A stretch of DNA of 64,000 bases, from positions 30,256,001-30,320,000 of the forward strand of contig NW_024704747.1 of assembly GCF_018977255.1 (NCBI RefSeq), written 5' to 3'. Under the pieces are notes generated by a model, which made no database searches, was not told where the DNA came from, and saw nothing but the letters and a program-made list of their open reading frames with translations. Source of the DNA: Callorhinchus milii (lineage: Eukaryota). Shown piece by piece: positions 13,556 through 26,195 of this stretch (within the stretch, counting starts at the first letter, position 1; every line of letters begins with the position of its first letter). The position numbers were made by a program, and so were the translations under genes.

Positions 13556-13711
13556 GAGAAACCTTTCTGTGCAACACCCATATAATCCCGGTGAAAAATG
13601 AAGACGGGCTTGTGATCATGTTCATCATAAACTTTGAATATGTGAATGAAGAGACACCCTTGCAGTCTTCAGAGAGATTAAACCACATGTCGCCCACCAA
13701 AGCCGAAATAC
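13556..13711 (+). CDS. KCNH7: KCNH7 (ERG3/Kv11.3) coding exon, about exon 3: PAC part of the PAS domain
   Basis: Boundaries ttcag|GA...ATAC|gtaagt; 156 nt, phase 1/1. Encodes (G)ETFLCNTHIIPVKNEDGLVIMFIINFEYV..., the PVKNEDG-VIMFI-NFE motif of ERG channels. Confidence 0.95.
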
Positions 13712-15567
13712 GTAAGTCCTCTTTTCATGAACTTAGATAATAATAATAATATTAATAATAATAATAATCCTTATATTTGATACAGCGCCGTATCACGTCG
13801 TTGAGACGTCTCAAAGCGCTTCACAGGATATACTGTATAGTGTAGTGACTGTGTATTTTGTGGGTGAATTAAGTATTTGGGGTTAAGGGTTACCTGAAGT
13901 GCTACCGGTAATACGTTGAAAATCCAAATAACATTTCATTTCACATTAATTGGAATTGTTCCCACTCCATCTCTGGTCAAATTAATGCAATACTCGTTTG
14001 TTTGCTTTCAAAAAAAAAGGAAGAGGTAAAAGGGGTGGTGGAGTTACCAGACTATTTTCCCCCTGTTGTTGCCTCAAATTTATGACCTGGACGAGACAAC
14101 AAGAAGGATGGATTCTACACTGTGCGAGGCAGAAATATTACATTTAGTGCAATGCCCTAAAAAATCTCTCCCAGACACTACAGTAAAAAAAATTTAAATA
14201 ATAATTATTTGGTCAGTCAGTGGGACGCTGCTGTGCGCAATTGGCTGCCGCATTTCACCCACAAAATATACAGTCAATTCACTTTACAGTATATCCTGTG
14301 AAGCGCTTTGAGACGTCTCGAAGACGTGATAAGGCGCTGTGTCAAATGCCAGGATTATTATTGTTGTTGTTGTAAAGTGGGCTGGTTGTGGCCCACCCTG
14401 CTCTAGATGTTTAAGAGACCTGTGTGTTTGGGTCTGATTTTGCTCGACGTTGCCTCAACCCCGTGATCACAGTTCTGTGATTTTGTTCATTTGTGCAGCG
14501 TGAGCACTGAACTGTGTAACAGTGACGAGCTGCCTAGTATTCTGATTCCAAACCATGTCCATAAGGACTGCTTAGAAAAGGAAATTGTTCACATAAACCC
14601 CGCTGAAAGGTCGAGTCACATCATGGGATTGTTCAGCGACGTGAAAAAGGTTAAGGTACAAATGTTACGTGTTTGTTTCTATTTCTGTTTCAATCTGGAT
14701 TCCGATTTCACTCATACAGATATATCTATTCTTGACACAATATAGATTTTCATTAGCGCTTAACCAAAAGAATTAGATTTAAGATGAGCTGGAACAGAGT
14801 AAACTTATACCTAAGATATGGACCGAATACATATTTGAGCTTTCAAGATTTATTCCCTGACATGACCTTGAGTCGCACATAAAATTACATCTATAAAAAA
14901 AACTAAAATAGTACAATATTAAGGAACACAATTTTGTAACTATATTGCTTTTATTCTGATGAATTCAGGCCCCTACAATATAAATTAAATTCAATGTGTG
15001 GTGTAGTTAAACTGAATTTATATTATGTCAAAGGTGACAAATCTATGTTGGTTCCGTGGTCAAGGATAGAATTGAATGTAATATAAAGAGTGTAATATTG
15101 CTAATTATTGCTTTTTCCAATGGCAAAAGCAAGCGATTTACATGAGTTTAATCAGTAATCTCCATATGGCTTGTGTTAAGTCCTGACCCAACTGCTGAAC
15201 ATGTTCATACTCTACATTCCTGATAAGACATTGAGTGGAAGAGGGCTCTATTTTTCAAAAAAAAGATTTTGGCTTTTATTTCAGAACTCATTAAATTTAG
15301 AAATGGAAACCAAACCCGATTCCTCAGCGCTCTGAACTGGATGGTTAGTTAGGCATTGCTAAGTTAAAATAAAATAAAATGAAATCAATACTTCCAACCT
15401 GTTTGTTGAGCTCCTGTCCCAAAGGGCTTGCTTGTCACAGTCACAGTGGCCGGAAAATCAGATAATAACAATAATAATCCTTGCATTTGATATAACACCT
15501 GATCACGTCATTGAGACGTCTCAAAGCGCTTCATAGGGTACACTGTAAAGTGAATTGAATGTACACA

Positions 15568-15790
15568 AATATAAGAACGTAAGAATTTACTGGTGAAAGA
15601 AGACCCATCCATCCATCCAATTCGCCTTCCATCATCCTGGAAGTCGCTTGCACATGACTTGTCCCAAACTATATCCTGTCTCCCGAAATATAGTTTCCTA
15701 GAATTATTAAATGAGGTATTATTTCCTATATAATTTGCTTTTGAAATAATCATCACTTTCTGCTTCCACCGCCTGTTCCATAAACCAAAA
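15568..15790 (-). mobile_element. CR1-like 3'-end fragment (related copy at about 23700-23910)
   Basis: Both loci share taagaatt..ctgg.gaaagaagacc..ttcgccttcca.catcctgg.agtcgcttg..tgtcccaaact. Confidence 0.6.
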
Positions 15791-17694
15791 TAACACAGTG
15801 GAAAATGAAATATTTTTTGTTCCAAAATTCCTTTGTGTATCACACACTCGTTACAGTAGAGCCAGAAACCTGGGGATGAAGTGCTAAATACAGAATATAT
15901 TTCACTCGTGTGCAGAATCTACAGGTAGCCTGGTAACACTGGAGCTCATGATGAATTCACTCCCTCTCACCCACGGGATAAATTCTGTATTCCACAGCTT
16001 ACTGCCAAATATTCCTATGACCGCATGTTAACGAAGAGGATATGCCAAACATTAAATTCATAATCATTTTTTCATCAGGAATTACAAGGTTATTTCATAA
16101 CATTCAAACATGTTATATAACAATTGTAATAATAATATAATAATAATCCTGGCATTTGATATAGTGCCTTAATACGTCATTGAGACATCTCAAAGCGCTT
16201 CACAGAATGTACTGCAGAGTGAATTGACTGTGTGTTTTGTGGGTGAAATCAGAGCTGATCAGGGATGTTTTTCTGTCACTCACTTGATAAGGTTAGCTAA
16301 CAGGAGAGTCTGGCGCTGTTTCCATGCAGACTGTGTGAAAGGAAAGCTAATGCTGTTAGAACCTACAAAAAAAAACTCCCTGTGAAGAAAGTGCATTTAC
16401 CAGAGAATAACACTGTATGACCTGATCTCACCAAGATTATTTTCAAGGTCTCATCTGATAGGGAAGGACAGCCTATAGCGCAGCAATGGATAATCAGCCT
16501 GAGACGTCACACATTCAAAACTTTTGTTGAAAACTCCTGTAACTTTCCTGCTTTCTGATGTACTTTGTAAGCTCCCCCATCCTGGAGATTCAAAGCAAGG
16601 GGATAACCGGCTTTGACTATCGCTTACTTTTACAAACACACTGTAGTCCTTGCTGACTAAAGTACTATATAAATCACAGCCTGTGATTCACTGGAGGTTT
16701 AGAGCCCTGACTGGTGGGAGTTGGCAAAGGGGATCAATCAATCAAGAAGGTGAGTAAAATACACCCGGTGTGCTCTCGATGTTTAGAGCAGCAGTTAACA
16801 AATCAATAGCTGATTTAGAAGCCCTGAATACTCTCTGTGCGTTCCATACCAGAGTTCAATGGCTTTGATCAGTATTAAACATGCAACGTGTTTTACTGTT
16901 CTTGAGTTGGCCCCAATCCTCCTGTTTCTAACACGTCTAGTTCACTTGTATTTCAGATGGCAACCCCATATCCAGTGACTCTTCTGCAGGTAAAGTTCAC
17001 TACTGTCAGTCGTGATGTGTGTGTGCAATGTTTATGATGTGTTGCAGTGGGATGTGTTGATAGAAACTCTCAATGCAATCCCGTACTAAAGGGCTATTTG
17101 AACAGTATTCCTGTCCTAATTGAAACAGATAATGGGTTGCTTCGAAAGCAACAGTTACTTTTACTTTCTGTTTTCAAAGCCTGAAGGGATTTGAAATCGG
17201 GTCTGAGGATCTTGAAATAAAATAAATAATATAATAATCCTGACATTTGATACGGTGCCTCATCACGTCTTGGAGACGTCTCAAAGCGCTTCACAGAATA
17301 TACCACAAACTGAATTGATTGTACATTTTGTGGGCGAAACACGGCGGCCAATTGCGCACAGCAGCGTCTGTCCCACAAACAGCCGTGGATTGAGAGACCA
17401 AATTATCATTATTTTTTGGAAGGAATTTTTACCCCCAGAAAATCGATCCTCCAATCGACTGACCACCGGGTTCTGTTGTTAGCCGATTGGCGATGGGGAG
17501 GCAGTGGAGTCTGGCGAGGACTGTGTGATGGGTCAAAGCTGTTCAGTTTGTCTCACTTCCCTCCGAGCCTCGCACTCCACTTTATATGTTGGAATGCTCA
17601 CAAGCCTTGGCTTGTTACAGGGGTCAGTACTGCATGTGAGACACTGTCCCTCAGGATATCAGACCAGTCTGTCAGCGTGACACAGGTTCCCTCC

Positions 17695-18225
17695 CCACCC
17701 ACACACCCACACACACTCACTCACCCACACACTCACCCGCACACTCGCACACTCACACTCACTCACCCANNNNNNNNNNNNNNNNNNNNNNNNNNNNNNN
17801 NNNNNNNNNNNNNNNNNNNNNNNNNNNNNNNNNNNNNNNNNNNNNNNNNNNNNNNNNNNNNNNNNNNNNNNNNNNNNNNNNNNNNNNNNNNNNNNNNNNN
17901 NNNNNNNNNNNNNNNNNNNNNNNNNNNNNNNNNNNNNNNNNNNNNNNNNNNNNNNNNNNNNNNNNNNNNNNNNNNNNNNNNNNNNNNNNNNNNNNNNNNN
18001 NNNNNNNNNNNNNNNNNNNNNNNNNNNNNNNNNNNNNNNNNNNNNNNNNNNNNNNNNNNNNNNNNNNNNNNNNNNNNNNNNNNNNNNNNNNNNNNNNNNN
18101 NNNNNNNNNNNNNNNNNNNNNNNNNNNNNNNNNNNNNNNNNNNNNNNNNNNNNNNNNNNNNNNNNNNNNNNNNNNNACACTCACTCACACACCCATACAC
18201 ACACATCCACACACACACACACACA
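17695..18225. repeat. CA-rich simple repeat spanning an assembly gap (N at 17770-18176)
   Basis: (CA/CACT/CACC)n on both sides of 407 Ns. Confidence 0.9.
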
Positions 18226-20762
18226 ATGCAGCTGCTCAAAACACAAGCCGTGTCACGATAAACGTGGCTGAGGGCAGCGATTTCGCTGAGATTTCGAAAT
18301 TGCAGATCGGGATTTTTTTTCATTGAACGCAGTAAAATCTTGAATGAAAACAAGATGCGTCAAGTAAAAATAACACTTCCTCTTCCTAATCTGTGGCTAA
18401 TGAGATGGGGGAAATTCGCATTTCATTTCCAGCTGAGCTGTCCTGAGAGACGATTCAGTAACACAGTCTAACATGTTCATGTTGAGGCAGTCAGGCAGAC
18501 AGGGCCTTGTGTAGACGCAATAGATAAGGAGGGAAAAAAACAGTTTTCTCCTTCTAATGAGCAAAATGACCTTTCTTTTTAATGACATGCAAACAATTCT
18601 CATTTACCAAACAACGCAAAGACGTAACGTATAAAAGCTGCAATATATTGTAATTCGAGAAGGATGTGAAGTACGTGGAACCCATGGCTCATCCCGAAAA
18701 TGGCAGAATAAACTGCTGGACTGATAAAGCCCTAATGATTAGGAATAACTGTGTTTATTTAAAATAAAATTTCACATCAATTTATTTATAACATGGGTGA
18801 TTTTATGCTTGCTAGATTAAAACTGTGAGCTGGGTAATTTAACAGAGATGAAATAACATTCACCTTTAGAAAATAATGTATTTGAGATTCATACGTGAAG
18901 ATATTGTATTACAAACTGTTTTCCGATTATGATTGAGGTATCAGAAAGGTTCCTGTTTGATATGATTAATCTGAGTGTTATCAGTGGCATTTACTATCCA
19001 CTTATAGCACAAAATAATATTATTATTATTATTATTATAAAACACTGCAGAAACAGGGATTTATTAAAAATGCAGTGAGCATTGTACATGATTAATTGGA
19101 ATAAGCCAGGAATCCATCCACTGTCACTGACCGCACAGGATGACACTACACTCGAGATTTTAAAATGTGTTGATGTTGGTGTTTTATTTTTCTGCTCGGT
19201 TAGTGAGAGCTTTGTGGAAAGACTGATGTTTCAGGGATGGATGTTCCTCCTTTGTCAGTCAGTCTGATGACCAAGTGAAGGTAAACACACAGCAATCACA
19301 CAGCTCCCACTGAGAATGAGTGCATTCTCACTATTTGGCAGCTATAGCACAGAGAGGTCCTCTGTGTACCAGGGAACCTCTCTTACATACGCTTTAGGTT
19401 CGGCTGCTGATAGCTTTAGATATCTGAAACGTGTCAGAACTGCTCGCTTAGGATTGCTTGTCCATCTTGTTGACTTGATGGTTCTCAGAAATTGTTATTA
19501 CCATTTCCCACTTTGCTGGTTCTCACCATCCTCCTTATTTTACTGTATGTAGGAGGTGGGTTTAAGTCAAATCAACAAAACTAACCCAACCTCCACTCAT
19601 AGAAATATTTAGAAATACTATATTTAAATATCTCATATTTCGCCCATAAAATACACACACTCAATCCACTTTATAGTATATTCTGTGAAGCGCTTTGAGA
19701 TGTTTCGATGATAAGGTGCTATATCATGTGCAAGGATTATTATTATTATCACAGGATACAATAATATTACAGTGGAAATAATTGTATAGTTAGTTAATGG
19801 TATAAACTCCAAACCAACATCGTTGTCCAGTTTAAAAGAATCTTAAACATAAAGTAATTGTGAAAATCTCCCACCAAGATAATATCACCTTTAAATCATT
19901 CATTCCACATTCATATATCTAAAAAGGTGGGAGACAAATACTGTATTGAATTTCCAGTCCAACAGTTTGCCCTGATGACAAATGACAGAAGTCATTGTAT
20001 AGCACAGCCCCTAAATAATGAGGGGTGTCAGTCTAGTCATGTGAAGTGTGTTCTTACTGTTGGCAATACAGTACGTCTACAGTGAGATAAGACACTTCAT
20101 TCTGAAAAATTATAGTTCAGAATATCGTGAACCGACACTCAACAGAAAGAGAGCTTCCCTTAGCTTCCCGCACACTTCAACCTCTCCGAAGGGTTGGCAA
20201 AGGTGACAGACACATCACTTACAGAATTGCCACATCGTTCAAGAAGAGCAGCTGAAAACGTGGAAAACCATAGTGTGCCAGAACCACCAAGTGCCATCCT
20301 ATTCTTGTGCCATTCTGTGAATTTATGGGAGCGCATAATAATAACACAAATAACAATAATAATAATAAAAATAATCCTTGCATTTGATATAGAGCCGCAT
20401 CACAGCTTCGAAACGTAAGTGACCAAATTATTTTTTTTTTTTGAAGGGATTACTATCCCCGGTAAAGCGATCCGCCAATCGACTAACAACCGGGTTCCGA
20501 CTTACCGCTGGGTAAAATGTCCCCGCTTTTGTTTCTTATGTGGCCGTAGGTCCTATATAATACACGAATGGTTGATAATAATAATAATCCTTGCATTTGA
20601 CACAGGGCCTTATCACGTCTTCGAGACGTCTCAAAGCGCTTCACAGGATACACTGTCAAGTGAATTGACTGTGTATTTTGTGGGCGAAACACAGCAGCCA
20701 ATTGCCCGCAGCAAAATTGCTTGGTATTATGTACTCTTGACAATTGGTTTTATTTACTGCAG

Positions 20763-21203
20763 GCAGAGGAAGATTCTTCAGATTAAAACTACCTGTGATA
20801 AGACTCCTTGTGTCCAGCAAACAATCGCTGCCTCAAGAAGACCCTGACACGGTGGTGGTGGAGCCAGGCAAAGCAAGCGACGATTCCATGGCTATGCTGC
20901 CCTTTACATCTCCCAAAGAAAGCTTTGGTCCTACAGATTTGGAAGACACAAAGGAACTGCCGGAGTCTGGTGGTGATGGTGATTGCCCTGCGTGTGTTGA
21001 TATGCCAGGACCGCTGTGCCATTCCTCACCTAAACGCCAGTGGGACAGATTGAATCCAGATATGTTGCAGTCTACCACTGGTCTGATTCACTCCCAGTCG
21101 AGGGAAAGTATTTGCAGTATGAGGAGAGCTTCCTCGGTCCATGACATCGAGGGATACTATGTTGATTCCAGGAGTATGTTTAGAGATCGACATGCCAGCG
21201 AAG
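20763..21203 (+). CDS. KCNH7: KCNH7 exon about 4: proximal N-terminal linker
   Basis: Boundaries tgcag|GC...GAAG|gtacgt; 441 nt, phase 1/1. Contains [39 protein letters not shown] and FRDRHASE, as in Kv11.3. Confidence 0.95.
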
Positions 21204-21976
21204 GTACGTCTGAGCTTCTTGACCAAGCACGCTCTCTGTCAAGGCCGATGTTCTCAAACGATTCCACAAATATCTGACTTGCGAATTGTGGTGGATCAGT
21301 GTTTAATTCTGTTTGATCCACAAGCCCTTGCGCTAACGCCCATTGCCTTGTGGGCACCGCAGGTGAAGAGTTTCTCTAGGTCCCATTTTTAACGACGCAG
21401 CATATTAAACTCTTAACAGTCTCCATTAATAATAAAGGATGGGTCAATGCAGAATTTTGTTTTCAGATTGAGTAAACAGCCTAACACAGGGCGAGTCCCA
21501 TAATAAGGAGATCATAACAGTTGGTCTCATTGTACAGGTTTCACGAGAGACATCGCCTTGATCGGGGGAGTTGCATAAGGTGTCATTGTTTTTATAGATA
21601 AGTCTCCCTACATTTCCCATTTTACAGGGCAAGTCATGATAGCTGACCCATTTATAATGGATAACATGACTGTGGTTTATACAGAGAGAAACATCATACA
21701 CATAGCAAGCTGCTTAGTGTGTTACCAGTGATAATCTTTTATATAATGAAATTCCCTACTGACAGCCCTTTATTGTGAGTCACTCTAGTTGGCTATAAAA
21801 TTCCCATCAAATGTCCATTTTTACAGCGTCAGCCACTAAAGACACCTCTTAGTTCCATACTGTTATTTCTGAAGCAAGATGTACTTCACTTTCTTTTTTT
21901 TTAAAAATGTGCTCTTTAGTATTCTGTCTTTTCTTGTTTCTTTTTTCCTTTAATTGTCACTCTTGTGCACCTTTAG

Positions 21977-21997
21977 ACAACGGACGCAATATTAAAG
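21977..21997 (+). CDS. KCNH7: KCNH7 21-nt microexon (about exon 5), encoding D-N-G-R-N-I-K
   Basis: ctttag|ACAACGGACGCAATATTAAAG|gtaata. Frame-preserving. Matches the DNGRNVK segment of mammalian KCNH7 between RHASE and GPFNHIK (recalled). Confidence 0.88.
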
Positions 21998-24900
21998 GTA
22001 ATATGTTTTGCCTAAACCCTGCATGTTTCTCTTTGGATGACTGTCCTTCCTTCAGCACCTCCGACTGTTTTTTTGGTCAATCGGATGTCTGATACATATG
22101 GAAACCCATCACCATTGCTTAAGAGTCTCCAAACCAAGCTGAGAATTCCAGGCCTCCCACCTACACATGGAAATCCCAGAGGGAGATTGTTGGATTGGAA
22201 TGCGCTCTCTCTCTCTCTCTCCCGAGAGGGCTTGGCTGGAGAGCATTAGGCGCAGGTTGACAAGAGCCAAGGCTTGGGGGGGAGCCCATTGTGTGTGTTG
22301 GGTGTAAATGCTGGTGTCTAAACAGCTAAACCCACATAGCTTGGCCATTGAGAGAGAGCGCTGTCTAGCAAGCTTTCCTGCTGCTTGTCCAGCTAGGACC
22401 ACCCCTCCCCGTTAGTTAGGGCTTTGGCTGCAGGGTTAACAGGAGCTGAGTGGGAGGATTCCCTGCCCTCAGTGACTGGTCGGCCCTTCCAGGTGTATTT
22501 GTCTGGGCAGATAAAGCGGGAGGAAATATTAGCTTTGGACCATGTTTATTCGCTTACACACTCAATATCAAGTCACTTGGCTGATCTCAGACAGATGGTT
22601 AGCAAATGGTTCAAAAGTATTTGAGCTCTGATTCATCAGCAACTGTAATGACTTGACTTCCACAGTAATCATTGGGAATTATTGTTATTCTTTCTGAGAG
22701 ACATGTGTGAAGTGTTGTGTTTAGAAGCTATTGATCTGATGTCTGATGTCAGATTGTTCTGTTGAAAGAAAGGGGATCAGCCAAGCCGAGTGCAATATAT
22801 TTGGACTTGAACATAATTCAGGATTGCTTCTCTGACAACCCAGTGAGGTAAAGACATCAGCTAGTACAGCTCTAAACCATACATACACATCAGAAGGCAG
22901 CAGGGTTGCCTGAATTAACTTATCTAAGTCAGGGCAACAGCACTATTAGGCTCAGCAAACATGAATCTGTGAAGGAAATAAGTCAGCCTGTTTCTAATCA
23001 CTAGCCAGGAAAGTGCAATATCGCCCACAGGAAGGCGTACTATGGATTTTATGTAACAGCATTTTTTGGGGGGTCAGCCAGGTGGGTGTCTAACACATGT
23101 GGAAACCCATCACCGTGCTTAAGGGTATCAAAACTGAGCTGAGATTTCCCTGTCTGCCACCGACACGTGGAAATCCCAGAGATAGATTGTTGGAATGCAA
23201 TGCGCTTTCTCTCTCTCCCTGTCTTGCTGTCTGGGCTCATACTTAAAAATAGTCAATTAAGAAAAGTACTAGATGACAGCTGGTGACTGTGGTACAATAA
23301 ATACCCGAGTATGTGTCAGTACCTTCAGCAGGTGAGAAAAGGAGAGAATGTTTAAAAAGTAGTAGTGTTTGAATTTTTTGACGTATGCACTGGCTTTTTC
23401 ATCAATGACCCGTTTAGAGAAAACAAACCATATTTTACAGATTAAAATAAGGCAAAGGCAAAGGCCTTTCAGGTAGAATAATCTCTTCAAAAAATATAAT
23501 AATAATAATTTGGTCACTCAATCCACGACTGTGTGTGGGACGCTGCTGTGCGCAATTGGCTGCCGCGTTTCGCCCACAAATATACAGTCAATTCACTTTA
23601 CAGTGTGTTCTGTGAAGCGCTTTGGGACGTCCTCCCGACGTGAAAAGCGCTATATCAAATGCAAGGATTATTATTAAACATGTAGCTTGCGTTTTAAGAG
23701 CATAAGAATTTGCTGGCGAAAGAAGACCAAGTTCTGTCTAGTTCGCCTTCCACCATCCTGGCAGTCGCTTGACATGTCGTGTCCCAAACTCTACACTGTG
23801 TCCCTGGTTATTATTTAGCAGAAATCTATCTCATTTGTTCTTGAAACAAATAACATTTTCTGTTTCCATCGTCTCCCTGGGGAGCCCGTTTCATATGTTT
23901 ACTACTTTTTCCATAATCTGGTTAACAACTGGATAATATTGTTCTGAAGGTTACGACTAATGCAGCACCTTGGTGTAAAGTAGCTCTCTAAGGCAGATTT
24001 TCCTTACAGTTTCCCATTTTATGTTTCTTTCTAATAATAGTTTCCCTATTCCTGGATGGCAGGAAGGGGGTATTCTTGCTCTAATTGTGAAATGATATTC
24101 ATGCCTCTGGCTCCCATACTTCATCCCATTAAGTCAGTTCCTGATATGTTTAATTATGCATTTCCTTAATGAAAAATGCATTTGAATATTCTGTGAGAGG
24201 GCGGAAGTTCTCCAATGCCTTCGTTCATTTGAGAAACGAAGAGCGACAAAACAACTGCACTGTTTACCTGAAGAAAAACTGAGACAACATTGAGACTGCA
24301 TTTGATTTTATGGCACTGCTTACAATTTTGAGCTTCTAGCTATCATTCTATCGTGGCCTATAAGAAATGTGCTGTGCCCTTCACATGACCTTTTCCACGT
24401 GTTGAGGTGGTCATGTTGAAGATATCTGCTTTGAAACCTATTCCCCTGAGCAATGGTTATCCAGTCTGAGTTCAGACTACATTAAAGCGATTCATTAATT
24501 ACGATGGCCTTAGTCAGAATGGTCAGTGTCTGAGCCACAGCATAATGCAGTCTGAAATCATACTTATACATCAAGTGCTAATTTAGCACAGACTTAATTA
24601 GCGCCTGAAAGGCAAAGTTATTATAAATGAGGACAACTATTTTTGGAAGGGAAGAGTAATGGTATCAGGATTCTACGTTAAAAAAAACTTTTCTTTTGTT
24701 TTACATGCACAGTAGTTAATCCCCATTTCCAAATCCTGCTTATCCCACCAACTGTGAGGAAGATGTATGCATCTGTCGGGAGCTAAAATGTTATCAGCGA
24801 AGCCTTGGGTGCATTCTTGGAAGTGTGAGGCCTTGCAGGTCACTCACTGCCTGTGATACATACGTACAGAAATTATCAGCCGCCCTTCAGCGGAACATCA

Positions 24901-25984
24901 CACGGGCTCTTTGCTCAGTGAAGAATCTAAAAGCCATGGGTATTTATTCTCCAAAGATCGAGTGACAACACCTTTCACTTTCTACTGCACAATATGATGG
25001 CTGCACTTGATTCGTCTGCACTTCTCAACGTTACTGCTCCATTGTAGACTCCAAATAGGTTCTGTCAAAGAAACTGGCAATAAAGGTGAGATATTGTACT
25101 TCACTCTCTTTGTTCCCTGAAGTGACAGTGTCACAGTCGATCACTGAATGCTGCCGACACAATGAGGTGCGATCAGGATTAATGGACATAAATGTGAGAG
25201 GGCGTTACACAAATAGTATAATAATAATAATAATCCTTGCATTTAATATAACGCATTATCACACCTTCGAGACGTCTCAAAGCGCTTCATGGAATATCCT
25301 GTAAAGTGTAATGACTGTGCATTGTGTGGCCAAGACAATCCTAAGGAAAATGTAAACAAAACCACCCTCTAGTTCAGAATATTTGCCAATTTCCAAATAC
25401 CATTTTACATTGACCAGAGTGACAGTGAACTACGGTGGAAAACAATAACCTTTCACGGCTTTGACAGATCACAATGAGGTGTGACAGCTTTCTGATCAAG
25501 TGAAAGAATGTCTGGAACCCACTGCGGATACTGCGCACATTCTGTACAGGTTCTTTGTTTGGCATCAAATGAATTCTCACAGACTCGGTGTTGCCAAAAT
25601 ACTAAGTTGTGTTTTACTACAAAGCGGAGGGTGGGGGAGGGGGGGTGTGGGGGTGGGGGATCAGTTGAGTACTTCCAATCACATCATCATGTGCGTTGTA
25701 CCTGGGCTCAGTTCTGCGTGCTTCATTCGCCTTGAGCTAATTGACAGTTCCCGCTCAGGAAATTCCATCTGTCTTGGATAATTGACATCTTAGCTCTGCA
25801 TTGCATTCATAGTTGTTGATGAAATTCCTTTTTGATGGTGAAGACACCACAGTTATAGAGCTGGCTTTCCTCCCCCTTTTCTAGGGAAGGAGTCTAAACT
25901 GTCTAATCCGATCAGCAACAGGGAACTGGTATTCCAATCTCTTCAGTAGGACAGTTTTCCTGAAACCTTTATGATCTTGTACAT

Positions 25985-26195
25985 TACACCCACAGTCAAC
26001 CATCCTGGATTCAACCTCCCTAACTGGCAATCTGTTCCAGTCATTAATTACTCTTAGGATACAGAATATCCTCCAAGTACCTTCTCCTAAAATTGCCCTT
26101 TGCAATTCTAAACATCATGTCCTCTTGTTCTACCGCTTGTAATCTTCTTAGAATCATAGAATATTACAGCACAGAAGGAGGCCATTCAGCCCACC
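25985..26195 (-). mobile_element. CR1 LINE 3'-end fragments
   Basis: RVINDWNRLPVREVES matches the CR1 ORF2 C-terminus. Tail GGGCTGAATGGCCTCCTTCTGTGCTGTAATATTCTATGATTCTA on -. Confidence 0.65.

Noticed and set aside
17416-18353. Long ORFs of 141-281 aa
   Set aside because: Artefacts of the 407-nt N gap and the CA repeats.
20760-20766. Second AG 4 nt after the acceptor (also at 55474/55478)
   Set aside because: Using it would shift the frame, so it is not a productive NAGNAG.
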